Part shown: one piece after another, positions 21,893-31,814 of the stretch
Layout: each line of letters begins with the position of its first letter
How positions within the stretch are numbered: the first letter of the stretch is position 1
Notes under the pieces: model-generated
Database searches by the model: none
Told to the model about the DNA's origin: nothing
What the model saw: the letters and a program-made list of their open reading frames with translations, nothing else
Origin: an uncultured Alphaproteobacteria bacterium
GTDB lineage: Bacteria; Pseudomonadota; Alphaproteobacteria; UBA7985; CAJQQZ01
Length of the DNA: 64,000 nt
Assembly: GCA_905480575.1 (NCBI GenBank)
Contig: CAJQQZ010000054.1
Span: forward strand, 31,210-95,209
Direction of reading: 5' to 3'
Position numbers and translations under genes: made by a program

Positions 21893-22621
21893 CTATGCAC
21901 AAACGTCCGCGTAGGCTCTCACAGCATTTGCCCAACCATTTTCAACAGCCATGCAAGTGAGGTGATGACCAATAGAAAGCTCATGAAAAGGAATGGCATC
22001 CAGCAGCTTGGGCAAGTTCTCTACAGTGAGATCGTGGCCACCGTTGAGGCGCAGACCTAGTTCTGTCGCTCGGTCGGTTGCGGCTTTGATGGCTGCCAAT
22101 TCGGCGTCACTATTGCCGAGGTCAAAAGCGTGGGCATAAGGACCGGTGAAAATCTCAATAGCCTGAATACCGCCCTCAGCAGCAAGCTCCACTGATGCCG
22201 GGTCAGCATCGCAGAAAACAGCGACACGTGTATGAGCGCTCAAGCGATCAACGGTCTCTTTCAGCAAATCATGCTCGTCGCATGGTCTCCAGCCACGATC
22301 TGATGTGATCTCGTTTGGCATTACAGGCACGACGGTGAACTGTGTTGGTTTGATCACCTCTGACATTCGGATCAGTTCAGGGCGCAAATCACCTTCAATG
22401 TTAAACTCAATCTCACCGGACTGAATTTGAGGCAGCTTGGAGAGCGCAACAACGTCATCCAACCGAATATGGCGCTGGTCAGCACGAGGATGGACAGTCA
22501 AGCCTTTGGCGCCATTATCGATGGCCAGCTGGCCAAAGTGCAAAAGATCAGGGGCGGAACCTCCGCGAGAGTTTCTCAGCAGGGCGATTTTGTTTAAATT
22601 TACAGATAATAAAGTAGCCAT
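21893..22621 (-). CDS. pdxJ: Pyridoxine 5'-phosphate synthase
   Basis: Start at MATLLSVNLNKIALLRNSRG, 243 aa, PdxJ TIM-barrel signature. The track ORF extends upstream spuriously. Confidence 0.85.
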   Translation of the reverse strand: MATLLSVNLNKIALLRNSRGGSAPDLLHFGQLAIDNGAKGLTVHPRADQRHIRLDDVVALSKLPQIQSGEIEFNIEGDLRPELIRMSEVIKPTQFTVVPVMPNEITSDRGWRPCDEHDLLKETVDRLSAHTRVAVFCDADPASVELAAEGGIQAIEIFTGPYAHAFDLGNSDAELAAIKAATDRATELGLRLNGGHDLTVENLPKLLDAIPFHELSIGHHLTCMAVENGWANAVRAYADVCA

Positions 22622-22701
22622 GAGTTTAGAAATAGCGCGAGATTTGGACTGAATAAATACATAGAATCGAACAAAATCATCAGACCAATTTTCGGATAGC
22701 G

Positions 22702-23256
22702 CTAAGTAGTTTCTATTCCGAGCACTAAGTTTGCCCAATGATTGAGCTGCTTACGTTCCTCTCCTGAGAGTTTCTGCCCTTGTTTGACAGCCTTGCTTTT
22801 CAAGACAGAGAAAACACCGCCGACAGCAAAGGAAATAGCCTCGTTTGAAGGCCGGCTTCGCTTTAACGCCAACTCATAAGTCAACACTTCGCAAACAGAC
22901 CGTTGAAAACGAGCAAAGATAAAGTCATTCGCTGGACCATCCTCTTTGAAAAACTCGTCTTTGTCACTGATATGATCGAACAACCAGTCAAACGTGGCCC
23001 ATTCACCCTTTGGTGTTTTGTGGCTTTGAACAAAGGCTTTTGCGGTCTCCATGCCATGGAAGAAGCCGAAATCTAAGAGCTCAAACTTGTTGCCGAAATG
23101 AAGATAGAAGGAAGACCGAGCAACGTTTGCTTCTGCGCAAATCCCGCGAACGTTTATGCTGTCCCAGCTTTGTATTCTCGATTGATTGAGAAGTGCTTCC
23201 CACAGCAAGTTTTTGGTCTTTAGAATTCTGCGGTCTTCTTGTTTGTTTTCGGACAT
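22702..23256 (-). CDS. TetR-family transcriptional regulator
   Basis: N-terminal TetR HTH (ILKTKNLLWEALLNQ…ICAEANVARSSFYLHF). Divergent from the sterol-desaturase-like gene. Confidence 0.8.
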   Translation of the reverse strand: MSENKQEDRRILKTKNLLWEALLNQSRIQSWDSINVRGICAEANVARSSFYLHFGNKFELLDFGFFHGMETAKAFVQSHKTPKGEWATFDWLFDHISDKDEFFKEDGPANDFIFARFQRSVCEVLTYELALKRSRPSNEAISFAVGGVFSVLKSKAVKQGQKLSGEERKQLNHWANLVLGIETT

Positions 23257-23269
23257 TTATTTGCTCACT

Positions 23270-23342
23270 TGTCCATTTATGGACAGAATTTGAAACAGCG
23301 ATCTTCGCTCTCGGTCAAAAGCACACTAATGGACAAGTGTCC
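23270..23342. promoter_or_regulatory. Two operator-like palindromes sharing TGTCC/GGACA half-sites (TGTCCATTTATGGACA at 23270-23285; GGACAAGTGTCC at 23331-23342) in the TetR / desaturase divergent promoter
   Basis: Perfect inverted repeats, read directly from the sequence, between the TetR start (23256) and the hydroxylase start (23370). Confidence 0.5.
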
Positions 23343-23369
23343 GATAATTCAACCAAATTAGGCAAGCAT

Positions 23370-24278
23370 ATGAGCAATAAGGTTTCAGGCGCGGCGAGCT
23401 CCAATGACGGTAGAGTGAAGCTGTTACTACGTTGGGGACTTTATCCTTTGAGCTGGTTTGTGGTTCTAACGGCTTTCCACATCCTTCTTACACATGAGAT
23501 AAATCCGCGCTTGGTCTGGGCCAGTACGATTGGTTTGTTAGGGGTCACGTATTTGCTGGTTGAATGGCGGTTCCCTTATGAGCAGCGCTGGTCAATGAGT
23601 TTTAAGTCGTTCCTGGCCGATATGAAATTTGCGATCATCAACACAGCTTTTGTAACGGCAGTGTCAGCAACATTGGCGTTGTTTGCGATCTCCCTATCGA
23701 GCGAAGTTGTTGGTCCTGCAACCTTCTGGCCCGTGCCAGTACAATTGCTGCTCTGCCTTTTGATATTCGAGGCAATCAATTATTCCATTCATCGTCTGAT
23801 GCACGAGGGGAGGGGCGCGGTCGGTCGGTTTCTGTGGCGCGTTCATGCAGCACATCACCTGCCTCCTCGTCTCTACTTGATCATGCATGCCGTCTTTCAC
23901 CCCCTCAATGGCATTCTGATCCAGGTCGTGGCGTTGGTGTTGCCCATCTGGTTCATGGGTTACAATCAGGAAGTCGTTGTGATGTTTCTGATCATTAACG
24001 GCTTCCACGGCCTTATCAGCCACTTCAATGTCGATGTCAGAATGGGATGGCTGAACTATCTCTTTATCGGGTCGGAACTTCATCGTTACCACCACAGTGC
24101 CAAAGTGAATGAAGCCAAAAACTATGGTGCTACCCTATCACTCTACGACCAGCTGTTTGGAACTTTCTATTACAAGCCAGGTGCGGCCCCAAAAAATCTA
24201 GGTGTTAGTCCTAAGTCTGGGTTGCCACCTTATGAGCGCAGCTTCGACGTACTCAAGTTGCCATTTGTCAGGAAGTAA
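23370..24278 (+). CDS. Sterol desaturase / fatty acid hydroxylase superfamily membrane enzyme
   Basis: Histidine boxes HRLMHE, HAAHH, HRYHH. Multi-TM. Start at MSNKVSG. Confidence 0.75.
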   Translation: MSNKVSGAASSNDGRVKLLLRWGLYPLSWFVVLTAFHILLTHEINPRLVWASTIGLLGVTYLLVEWRFPYEQRWSMSFKSFLADMKFAIINTAFVTAVSATLALFAISLSSEVVGPATFWPVPVQLLLCLLIFEAINYSIHRLMHEGRGAVGRFLWRVHAAHHLPPRLYLIMHAVFHPLNGILIQVVALVLPIWFMGYNQEVVVMFLIINGFHGLISHFNVDVRMGWLNYLFIGSELHRYHHSAKVNEAKNYGATLSLYDQLFGTFYYKPGAAPKNLGVSPKSGLPPYERSFDVLKLPFVRK

Positions 24279-24287
24279 AGCTCAGTT

Positions 24288-25031
24288 CTAAAATCTGAGC
24301 TCTTCTTTGACTTGTGCTTGGAAGGATCGGCTGACAGGCAGTTCGGCATTGTCGACCATCTGTAGGAAGAGCTTGCCGTCTACTCTCTTAGGGCCAGCGA
24401 CTGCTTCTTTAGACACCCAATGTGAACGATGGATCTGCAAGCCATTGTAATCCTCGAGCTCAGCCAGCGCATCGGAAAAGCGCATCAGCAGCATTTCTTT
24501 ACCTTTGGAAGTGACGACCTCAACGTAGTGGTCCTGCATAGAGAGGTACGAAAGTTCTGTGCCGAGATGATGAGGGAGCCGACGAAAGAAGGGGATTTCC
24601 TTTTCAGCCGATTGCGGGCGAAGTTTTCGGATCAAAAAGTTGATTGCGCATGACACAGCTAAGGCGATCGGCACTACAATTAACAACAGATCGAAAAACC
24701 CGGGGACATTGGGGTCAGCACCCCAAACAGTCATGTTGACCAGAAAAACTACTGTTGTGACAGCAAGGCTCGTTAGGACGGTGTTAGAAGCAATCTGATA
24801 GATGGCTTTATCATCGGTAAAAAAAGTATTGGCCGCTCTGGTCACGATATCTGAGATGAAACAGATCAGCAGCGTTGATACGCCCCAGTATCCAATCCGC
24901 CCAGGCCACGACAAGATCTTGTCTGTGCCGAAGGGACTAACAACAATTAAAATTACAGCGACCGCAGCATAGATCACCAGCCGGGTCGGGGCAAAGATCG
25001 TTGCCTGCATTTCACGAAGCGTCAAATTCAA
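24288..25031 (-). CDS. Membrane-anchored LytTR-family DNA-binding regulator
   Basis: Four N-terminal TM helices plus a C-terminal LytTR domain (…GLQIHRSHWVSKEAV…). Confidence 0.65.
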   Translation of the reverse strand: MNLTLREMQATIFAPTRLVIYAAVAVILIVVSPFGTDKILSWPGRIGYWGVSTLLICFISDIVTRAANTFFTDDKAIYQIASNTVLTSLAVTTVVFLVNMTVWGADPNVPGFFDLLLIVVPIALAVSCAINFLIRKLRPQSAEKEIPFFRRLPHHLGTELSYLSMQDHYVEVVTSKGKEMLLMRFSDALAELEDYNGLQIHRSHWVSKEAVAGPKRVDGKLFLQMVDNAELPVSRSFQAQVKEELRF

Positions 25032-25169
25032 CTCCCGCCATTCACGTAGTTTTGGGGGCCTTTTACGAACGGTCGCTGGCCTGTCCCAAAAAGCCCCTTC
25101 ATAACAAGCCCACCGCTGAGTTACAGCGAAAACACTGTGAGTTTTATACCTAGCTATTAAGGAAATACC

Positions 25170-25601
25170 ATGCGTTTTTTAAAGACAGCTTTGATCACTT
25201 CTGGCGTTCTATTTGCAGGCACTGCGTTGCACGCTGCTGATCTGACCGTAACAGTTACCGGCCTAGAAACGCCAGGCGGCACGATCTCCGTTGGCGTCAT
25301 GGACGGTGCAGAAGGCTTTCCAAACAAGCGTAAAGCATTGACAGGTAAGCGCGTCGAAAACGCCGTTGCAGGCTCTAATAGTTTCACGATCGGGGGCCTC
25401 TCTGCCGGACGTTATGCCATCGCTGGGTGGTACGATGAAAACACCAACGGCAAATTCGATACCAATCTGATGGGTATGCCAAACGAGCCTTATGGTTTCT
25501 CAAACGATGCTCGCGGTTCCTTCGGTCCGCCAAGCTTCGAAGACGCCTCTTTTGTCGTTGGTGAAGAAAATCTTTCCATCACTTTTCAAATGGCAAAATA
25601 G
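25170..25601 (+). CDS. Secreted DUF2141-family protein
   Basis: Signal peptide followed by the DUF2141-like pattern (VGVMDGAEGFPN…YAIAGWYDENTNGKFDTNLMGMPNEPYGFSND). Confidence 0.6.
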   Translation: MRFLKTALITSGVLFAGTALHAADLTVTVTGLETPGGTISVGVMDGAEGFPNKRKALTGKRVENAVAGSNSFTIGGLSAGRYAIAGWYDENTNGKFDTNLMGMPNEPYGFSNDARGSFGPPSFEDASFVVGEENLSITFQMAK

Positions 25602-25616
25602 AGCGGGAGAGAAAAC

Positions 25617-27122
25617 ATGGATCGTCGTCAATTATTGCAAGGTTTTGCATTGTCTTTGGCCGCTGGAATGGTGACTGGTTCACCAGTCCTGGCTGCCGGA
25701 GACAACTGGAAAGAAGACTTTACCCGGGCACTCAAGCAAAAACCTTGGTTATTAGGTTACAAGGGCGTGGATCAAAACTTCAAAAAGACCAATCTAAAAA
25801 TCGACGGCAAGTTGCCGGAAAACTTGAAAGGTATCTTCTACCGCAATGGTCCCGCGCGTCACGAGGTTGGTGACCTTCGTTATCGGCATTGGTTTGATGG
25901 TGACGGTATGATCCATGCTTTTAACTTCGATGGTGAAAGTGTGACCCATCACGGGCGTTTTGTCGACACGATCAAAACTGAAAAGGAAACAGAGGCGGGT
26001 AGAGCGCTGTTCCAAACTTTCGGAACAGCAGGTTCCTCTCTCACATCTGGGTGCAGTGCCGATGAGGTTAACGTGGCCAACATCTCTGTTATTAAACATA
26101 ACGGGGAACTCTTGGCGCTTTGGGAAGGTGGGTCGGCTTATCGCCTTGACGGAGAAACGCTTGAAACACTTGGTCTCAAAACTTGGACAGAGGAGACAGC
26201 AGGTCTGCCGTTCAGTGCACATCCCAGAGTCGACCAAGACGGGACGCTGTGGAATTTCGGCTACGCGCCCATATTCGGCGCGTTGATTGTCTACCGAATT
26301 AGCCCTACCGGACAACTCATTGACAGGGCGCTGGTACAGAAGCCTGCGACGCCAATGGTGCATGATTTTCTGATCACTGAGAACCATCTTATTCTCATTC
26401 TACCACCTTACCACTTTGACAACGCGAGCGAAGGTGCCTTCGTTGATCGCTTTAATTGGTCGCCAGAGAAAGGCGGGCGTGCCTTGATCATTGATAAAAA
26501 TAATCTGGCGGCTCAGCACGAGATCGAGCTGCCACCGTTTTGGGTGTTTCACTTTGCTAACGCTTTTGAGGACAGCAGCGGTGACATCTGTTTTGATGCG
26601 CCGATCTATCAAACACCAGATGTCATGACCTCGAGTTTCAGAGAAATCATGCGTGGCAATGAGGTTGGGAGCGACAGTGCTCAACTCATGAAATGTCGCT
26701 TAAATCCTTTAACCGGCAACTTTGACATGACGGAGATAGAAGAGGCGGTCGCCTCTGAGTTCCCTAGGATCGACCAGCGCATGCAAGGTCGCCGTCACCG
26801 TTTTACGGCAGTTATGCGCGGACAAGAGGGTGCTGCCTACAAAGGGATCAATCAGCTTATGTCGATCGACCATCAACAACAAACCACTGAAAGCTATACT
26901 TTCCCAGCCACAGAGATGGCGGAAGAGCATGTCTTTGTTCCTGACCCCGACAGTATAGAGGAGGGCAAAGGATGGTTGATGGGAACGTCGCTTGATTACA
27001 AGCGAGGCAAGTCAGCGCTCAATCTGTTTGATGCTCAGCGGGTTTCAGATGGACCGGTTGCCCGTATGGAAATGGACTACGCAATACCGCTCGGTTTGCA
27101 TGGCAATTTCTACAGCAGTTAG
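25617..27122 (+). CDS. Carotenoid oxygenase (CCD/RPE65) family dioxygenase with TAT signal peptide
   Basis: MDRRQLLQGFALSLAAG…AAG twin-arginine signal. CCO-family blocks (FYRNGPARHEVGDLRYRHWFDGDGMIHAF, HDF, FHFANAFE). Confidence 0.8.
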   Translation: MDRRQLLQGFALSLAAGMVTGSPVLAAGDNWKEDFTRALKQKPWLLGYKGVDQNFKKTNLKIDGKLPENLKGIFYRNGPARHEVGDLRYRHWFDGDGMIHAFNFDGESVTHHGRFVDTIKTEKETEAGRALFQTFGTAGSSLTSGCSADEVNVANISVIKHNGELLALWEGGSAYRLDGETLETLGLKTWTEETAGLPFSAHPRVDQDGTLWNFGYAPIFGALIVYRISPTGQLIDRALVQKPATPMVHDFLITENHLILILPPYHFDNASEGAFVDRFNWSPEKGGRALIIDKNNLAAQHEIELPPFWVFHFANAFEDSSGDICFDAPIYQTPDVMTSSFREIMRGNEVGSDSAQLMKCRLNPLTGNFDMTEIEEAVASEFPRIDQRMQGRRHRFTAVMRGQEGAAYKGINQLMSIDHQQQTTESYTFPATEMAEEHVFVPDPDSIEEGKGWLMGTSLDYKRGKSALNLFDAQRVSDGPVARMEMDYAIPLGLHGNFYSS

Positions 27123-27134
27123 GGGAGAGTAACG

Positions 27135-27536
27135 TTGAACATAGAAGTCTTCAATCAAGCCTCGCTGGCAGTGCAGGTTCATATTATTCTGGCGCTCGTT
27201 GCGATCCTCGTGAGCCCTGCCATCTTGGTTTTGAAAAAGGGGTCCAAATTGCATAAATTGCTGGGCAAGTTTTGGGCCTTGATCATGCTGGGGTTGGCGC
27301 TGGGGTCTTTTGGTATCAACTCATTCGATATGCCTTATGGGGTCAGCCCAATTCATATCGTTTCAGTAATCGTTCTGATTTCCGTGCCTCTGGGTGTCTA
27401 TCACATTCGTAGAGGTAATCTACGGGGCCACAAACAGGCGATGTTGGGCACCATGATAGGCGGCATTTTGGGGGCTGGGTTACCGGCTTTACTCTCGCCT
27501 GACCGGGCCCTCAATCTTATGTTTTTCGGAAGCTAA
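27135..27536 (+). CDS. Small integral membrane protein (DUF2306-like)
   Basis: Four hydrophobic helices. Probable TTG start, 12 nt after the CCO stop. Confidence 0.45.
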   Translation: MNIEVFNQASLAVQVHIILALVAILVSPAILVLKKGSKLHKLLGKFWALIMLGLALGSFGINSFDMPYGVSPIHIVSVIVLISVPLGVYHIRRGNLRGHKQAMLGTMIGGILGAGLPALLSPDRALNLMFFGS

Positions 27537-27538
27537 CC

Positions 27539-28018
27539 TTGCTTTATCAAATTATTATCAACGTGCCGCTTTGGGTTTGGCCGCTTTTTATCGGGCTACT
27601 CGCTATCGGCTTATTGGGTACGAGATCACGCCAAGCACCGCTCATCCTTTTCTGGTTCCTACCGCTTCTGGGGGCACTAGCAGTGAATTCAATGGCTGCT
27701 TTCGGAGCCACTGTTTTGGCATGGGCCGTGTTCGCCGTTTTCTACATAGCAGGCGGTCTGTTTGGCTTTAACTATCAGAAGAAAATTGTGCTAGAGCGCA
27801 AGGGATCACGCGTTTCGCTCAAAGGCGAGTGGCTCACTCTAGTCACGATAATGATCATATTCTGGACCAATTTTGCCAGAGGTTTGATGACCGCGATTTT
27901 TCCGGACATCATAGCAAATCCAGCGACCATAGCGATTATCGCCGCGATCGTTGGTTCCGTCTCTGGGGTGTTTTTAGGCCGCTCGATACAAACGCTCTTC
28001 GGCAAAGTACCTGAGTAG
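27539..28018 (+). CDS. Integral membrane protein of unknown function
   Basis: Four to five hydrophobic segments. Contiguous with the preceding gene. Confidence 0.45.
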   Translation: MLYQIIINVPLWVWPLFIGLLAIGLLGTRSRQAPLILFWFLPLLGALAVNSMAAFGATVLAWAVFAVFYIAGGLFGFNYQKKIVLERKGSRVSLKGEWLTLVTIMIIFWTNFARGLMTAIFPDIIANPATIAIIAAIVGSVSGVFLGRSIQTLFGKVPE

Positions 28019-28020
28019 AA

Positions 28021-29091
28021 CTAGGCCGGAACGTTCCAAACCTGCCCCGGACGCAGGGCGCGGAAACGCTCTTCTGCAATAGCGTATTTGGTTTTGGCCG
28101 CTTTCAAATGGTTGATCTGATCGTCTATTGATTCATCCGTTAACTGAAAGGTTCCCCAGTGATGACCAAGGGTATAGCGAGCTCTGCAAAGCATATGCCC
28201 TTGAACGGCCTCGTCCGGATTTTGGTGCTGTGCTTTCATGAAATCACGGGGTTCAAAGGCGCCAAAAGGAAGAATGGCCAGGCGGAACTCACCGTATTTG
28301 GCAGCAGCCTCGCGGTAATTGTGGCCATCATGAAACCCAGTATCACCAATGTGATAGATGGCACCTCCTGGCGTCCCAATGACGAAGGCAGCCCACAGGG
28401 CATTGCGCCGATCGGTTGTGCCTCGAGCCGACCAATGATGCGTCGGTTCTAAGGTTACATTAACACCAGGAGTTAGTTCAATCTGGTCACCCCAATCACC
28501 GGCGACTGTACGTGCTCGGTAATACTTTTTATGAATGATCTTATCGTTACCCAAAGGGACGACGAACAAAGGATTGTGAGCCTTGACCAAACGGCCAATG
28601 GTTTTGATGTCGAGGTGATCGTAGTGATTATGGCTGATCAGGACGACATCTATGGGTGGAAGATTGTCAAAATCGATGCCGGGCTTGTTTACTCTGCTCG
28701 GACCAGCAAAGGCGACAGGACTAACACGATCCTACCACACGGGGTCCGTCAAGATATTGAGGCCAGCCGTCTGAATCAACGTGGTTGCTTGGCCAACGAA
28801 TGACAGCCTAAGCTGGGCACCTGCAACACGCACCGGTGGCTTGTCCTCAAAAGGGCTTGGGAAGGACTTGGGCCATTTTGGCCGGTCCGACAACAGCCAC
28901 TTCATCAGTTTCTTAAACCCCCTGGGATGTTCCCCACCAGGATTGAAAAACTGCAAGCCGTCAAAATGATCGGACTTGGGGCCAGAATAATAGGGATTGG
29001 TGTTGGTCTTTACGGCCCGATATCCGCCGCCAGTAAAAACGGCGGTAACCGACAATAAACCGAACCATTTAAAAAAAGATCTTCTACGCAT
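28021..29091 (-). pseudogene. MBL-fold metallo-hydrolase (TAT-signal, NAPE-PLD-like Zn hydrolase) interrupted by a single in-frame TAG at 28732-28734
   Basis: The same reading frame continues across the amber codon: …ILTDPVW*DRVSPVAFAGPSRVNKPGIDFDNLPPIDVVLISHNHYDHLDIKTIGRLVKAHNPLF… The HxHxDH zinc motif lies downstream of the stop. The track splits it into ORFs 28732..29091 and 28021..28590. Confidence 0.6.
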
Positions 29092-29178
29092 TCCTTCAAT
29101 AACAGCATTGGCCGGAGAAATTCAATTGCTCTTGATGAGAAATCGACTAACTTTCTTTTGGAACAAAAGGATCATTCG

Positions 29179-30630
29179 ATGTCAGACTTAGCTTTCCTCT
29201 CAGCATCCGAACTGGTTGCCAAAATAAAAACAAAGGAGATTTCAGCGCTAGAACTGTTGGAACATTTTTGGGCGCGCAAACAAAGATTAGATCCAGCCCT
29301 CAATTCCATTATTTTTGACCAGATCGAAAAGGCTCGAGAAAAAGCCAAGGAGGCTGACCAAGCGCTGGCAAAGGGCACTGACCTTGGGCCGCTTCATGGC
29401 CTGCCGATGACGGTCAAGGAATCGTATAATTGGATTGGCAGTCCGACGACCTGGGGCGTGCCAAGCTTGAAAGACAATTATCCAGCGACCAATGCAATAG
29501 CAGTGGATAGACTGGAAGCAGCTGGCGCGGTAATCTTTGGCAAAACCAATGTGCCTCTGCTGTTGTCGGATTGGCAAAGCTTCAATGACATCTATGGAAC
29601 AACGAGCTCACCCTGGGGAGAAGGGTTGATTCCGGGTGGTTCGTCTGGCGGCTCGGCGGCGGCTCTTGCGGCTGGTCTTACGGGACTAGAAGCAGGGAGC
29701 GACATTGGCGCTTCGATCCGAAACCCGGCCCACTACTGTGGTGTCTATGGCCACAAACCTACCTGGGAGGCTGTATCTCCAAGAGGGCAGGCGCTACCAG
29801 GTGTGTTGCCGAGCACGGACATCTCGGTCATTGGGCCTCTTGCTAGGTCAGCATACGATCTGGAAACGGCTTTGCAAGTGATGGTAGGTGGTGACGCAAT
29901 AGATTCACAAGCTTGGAAGCTAGAACTTCCAAACCCCAAACAAAAGAAACTCTCAGATTTCAAAGTCGCCGTTAAAATGGACTCCTTCGTTTCAGAAGTT
30001 GACCAAGAAATCCAAGAGAAGATTTTTGATTTGGCTCAGTTCCTGATCAAGCAAAGTGTGCAGGTTGATTTTGATGCTCGACCAGCTTTCTCCGACGAAG
30101 AGATCCACGATGTTTATATCGCGCTGCTGCGGTCGGCGACGTCACGGCGACAAACGGACGAGGACTATTTGGCAAACGTTGCGCAGGTCACCAACCTCGC
30201 GCCCGAAGACCAATCCTATCAGGCTAAACTCCTTCGCGCCTACGTCATGTCGCACCGCGATTGGTTGGGAGTGAACCAACGCCGTCACGAGTTGCGAATG
30301 ATTTGGAATAGCTTTTTTCAGGACTACGATGTGATGCTGTGCCCCGCTGCAGCTTCTTGTGCCCACCCCCATGACCAAGCGGGCGAGCGGCACGAACGAA
30401 CAATCCTTGTGAATGGCAAACAGGTTCCGACTACTGACCAATTGTTCTGGGCTGGTTATTCTGGCGTCACGCTAATGCCGTCCACGGTGGCACCCGCCGG
30501 TCAGAATGCGCAGGGACTGCCGATCGGTGTGCAAATCATCGGCGCACAATATCAGGACCTGAAGACCATCCGATTTGCGCAGTTGTTGGAACAGATCTAC
30601 GGGGGCTTCGTTTCTCCGCCGGGTTACTAA
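29179..30630 (+). CDS. Amidase (amidase-signature family)
   Basis: GGSSGGSAAALAAG signature plus Ser-cisSer-Lys context. RBS AAGGA upstream of ATG 29179. Confidence 0.85.
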   Translation: MSDLAFLSASELVAKIKTKEISALELLEHFWARKQRLDPALNSIIFDQIEKAREKAKEADQALAKGTDLGPLHGLPMTVKESYNWIGSPTTWGVPSLKDNYPATNAIAVDRLEAAGAVIFGKTNVPLLLSDWQSFNDIYGTTSSPWGEGLIPGGSSGGSAAALAAGLTGLEAGSDIGASIRNPAHYCGVYGHKPTWEAVSPRGQALPGVLPSTDISVIGPLARSAYDLETALQVMVGGDAIDSQAWKLELPNPKQKKLSDFKVAVKMDSFVSEVDQEIQEKIFDLAQFLIKQSVQVDFDARPAFSDEEIHDVYIALLRSATSRRQTDEDYLANVAQVTNLAPEDQSYQAKLLRAYVMSHRDWLGVNQRRHELRMIWNSFFQDYDVMLCPAAASCAHPHDQAGERHERTILVNGKQVPTTDQLFWAGYSGVTLMPSTVAPAGQNAQGLPIGVQIIGAQYQDLKTIRFAQLLEQIYGGFVSPPGY

Positions 30631-30635
30631 TTGGC

Positions 30636-31814
30636 ATGTTTAAGGACCGCGCCGTCATAGCGTTGGCAATCGCCGAAACCCTGATCTGGGCGGCGACGTT
30701 TTACGTTTACCCGGCCATGATCTTGAGATGGGAAGCGGCCTTCGGCTGGAGCCGTCTGGAGGTCACGGGTGCGGTCACCTTGGCCTTGTTTTTGTCTGCA
30801 GCAGCCTCGCCCTTTATGGGTAAACTCATTGACCGAGGGTTTGGTCCCATGATGATGACAGTCACTGCTTTTGCGGCAGCTGTCTTGTTGGCTCTCATTC
30901 CTTTGGTTACTCAACTGTGGCAATTCTATCTGGTGTCCAGTGTTATGGGTGTCATGTGGGCGGGGTGTCTCTACGATCCCTGTTTTGCTCTTGTTACCAG
31001 AGCCAGAGGCCTAGAGGCAAAGTCTGGTATTGTCCGCATCACCTTGGCAGCGGGCTTCGCCTCGACCCTGACCTTTCCAGCTTCATACTTCTTGTCGGAA
31101 AATTTTTCATGGCAAGTTAGCCTCTGGGTTTTTGCGGCGGTTGTTGTTTTTGTAACCTGTCCACTCATGGCTTGGGGCGCTAAGAAACTGGAGAATGAAG
31201 AACGCAGCGACGCTACCTTGAAGGCTGAAATCGCGTCCGAAAAAGCCTTCCTTTTCCTGCCCTATTTTTGGTTCCTCGCCTTCGCTTTTGCTTGCATCTC
31301 GCTTTTGCATGGCACAACGATCCATCATTTCTTACCGATTTTGAGCGAGAAGCAGGTTAGTGCTGATCAAGCGATATTGCTGGCTTCACTGATTGGCCCT
31401 ATGCAGGTCGCTGGTCGGATCGTCATGGTGATGGTTGAAAAACAAGTCTCCAATCATGGCGTCGCGATTGCTTGTTGTGTCTCGATTGGCTTGGCGATTC
31501 TGATTTTAGCGTCGGCAGGCAGCGCCTTTGCATTACTTGCCTTTTCAGTCGCTTTTTTTGGGGCTGCCTACGGAGTCGTATCAATCATACGCCCCCTGCT
31601 GGCTAGAGAAATTCTTGGCGGTGCAAACTTTGGGGCCAAGACAGGGATGCTGGCGCTTGTCTACTTAGTCGGATCCGGATCCGCGCCGTTTCTCGGATCT
31701 CTCATTTGGACACAGGGCGGCTATGATTTGGTGTTAGCGACAATGCTTGGTTTGGCCGTGATCGGATTGGTACTGTATTGGCTCGCTAAGCGGAGCGTGG
31801 CTCAGGCCTCGTAG
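30636..31814 (+). CDS. MFS transporter
   Basis: Twelve TM segments. Starts 6 nt after the amidase stop. Confidence 0.7.
   Translation: MFKDRAVIALAIAETLIWAATFYVYPAMILRWEAAFGWSRLEVTGAVTLALFLSAAASPFMGKLIDRGFGPMMMTVTAFAAAVLLALIPLVTQLWQFYLVSSVMGVMWAGCLYDPCFALVTRARGLEAKSGIVRITLAAGFASTLTFPASYFLSENFSWQVSLWVFAAVVVFVTCPLMAWGAKKLENEERSDATLKAEIASEKAFLFLPYFWFLAFAFACISLLHGTTIHHFLPILSEKQVSADQAILLASLIGPMQVAGRIVMVMVEKQVSNHGVAIACCVSIGLAILILASAGSAFALLAFSVAFFGAAYGVVSIIRPLLAREILGGANFGAKTGMLALVYLVGSGSAPFLGSLIWTQGGYDLVLATMLGLAVIGLVLYWLAKRSVAQAS

Noticed and set aside
21893-22738. Long form of pdxJ (281 aa) and long N-terminal extensions of the TerB-like, EamA, Ldh_2 and aminotransferase ORFs
   Set aside because: Family-typical N-termini begin at internal Met residues (for example MATLLSVNL for PdxJ). 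The extensions lack conservation.
28531-28803. 90-aa plus-strand ORF spanning the junction between the two MBL-hydrolase fragments
   Set aside because: It is antisense to a clearly conserved MBL-fold reading frame and is an artefact of the six-frame scan.
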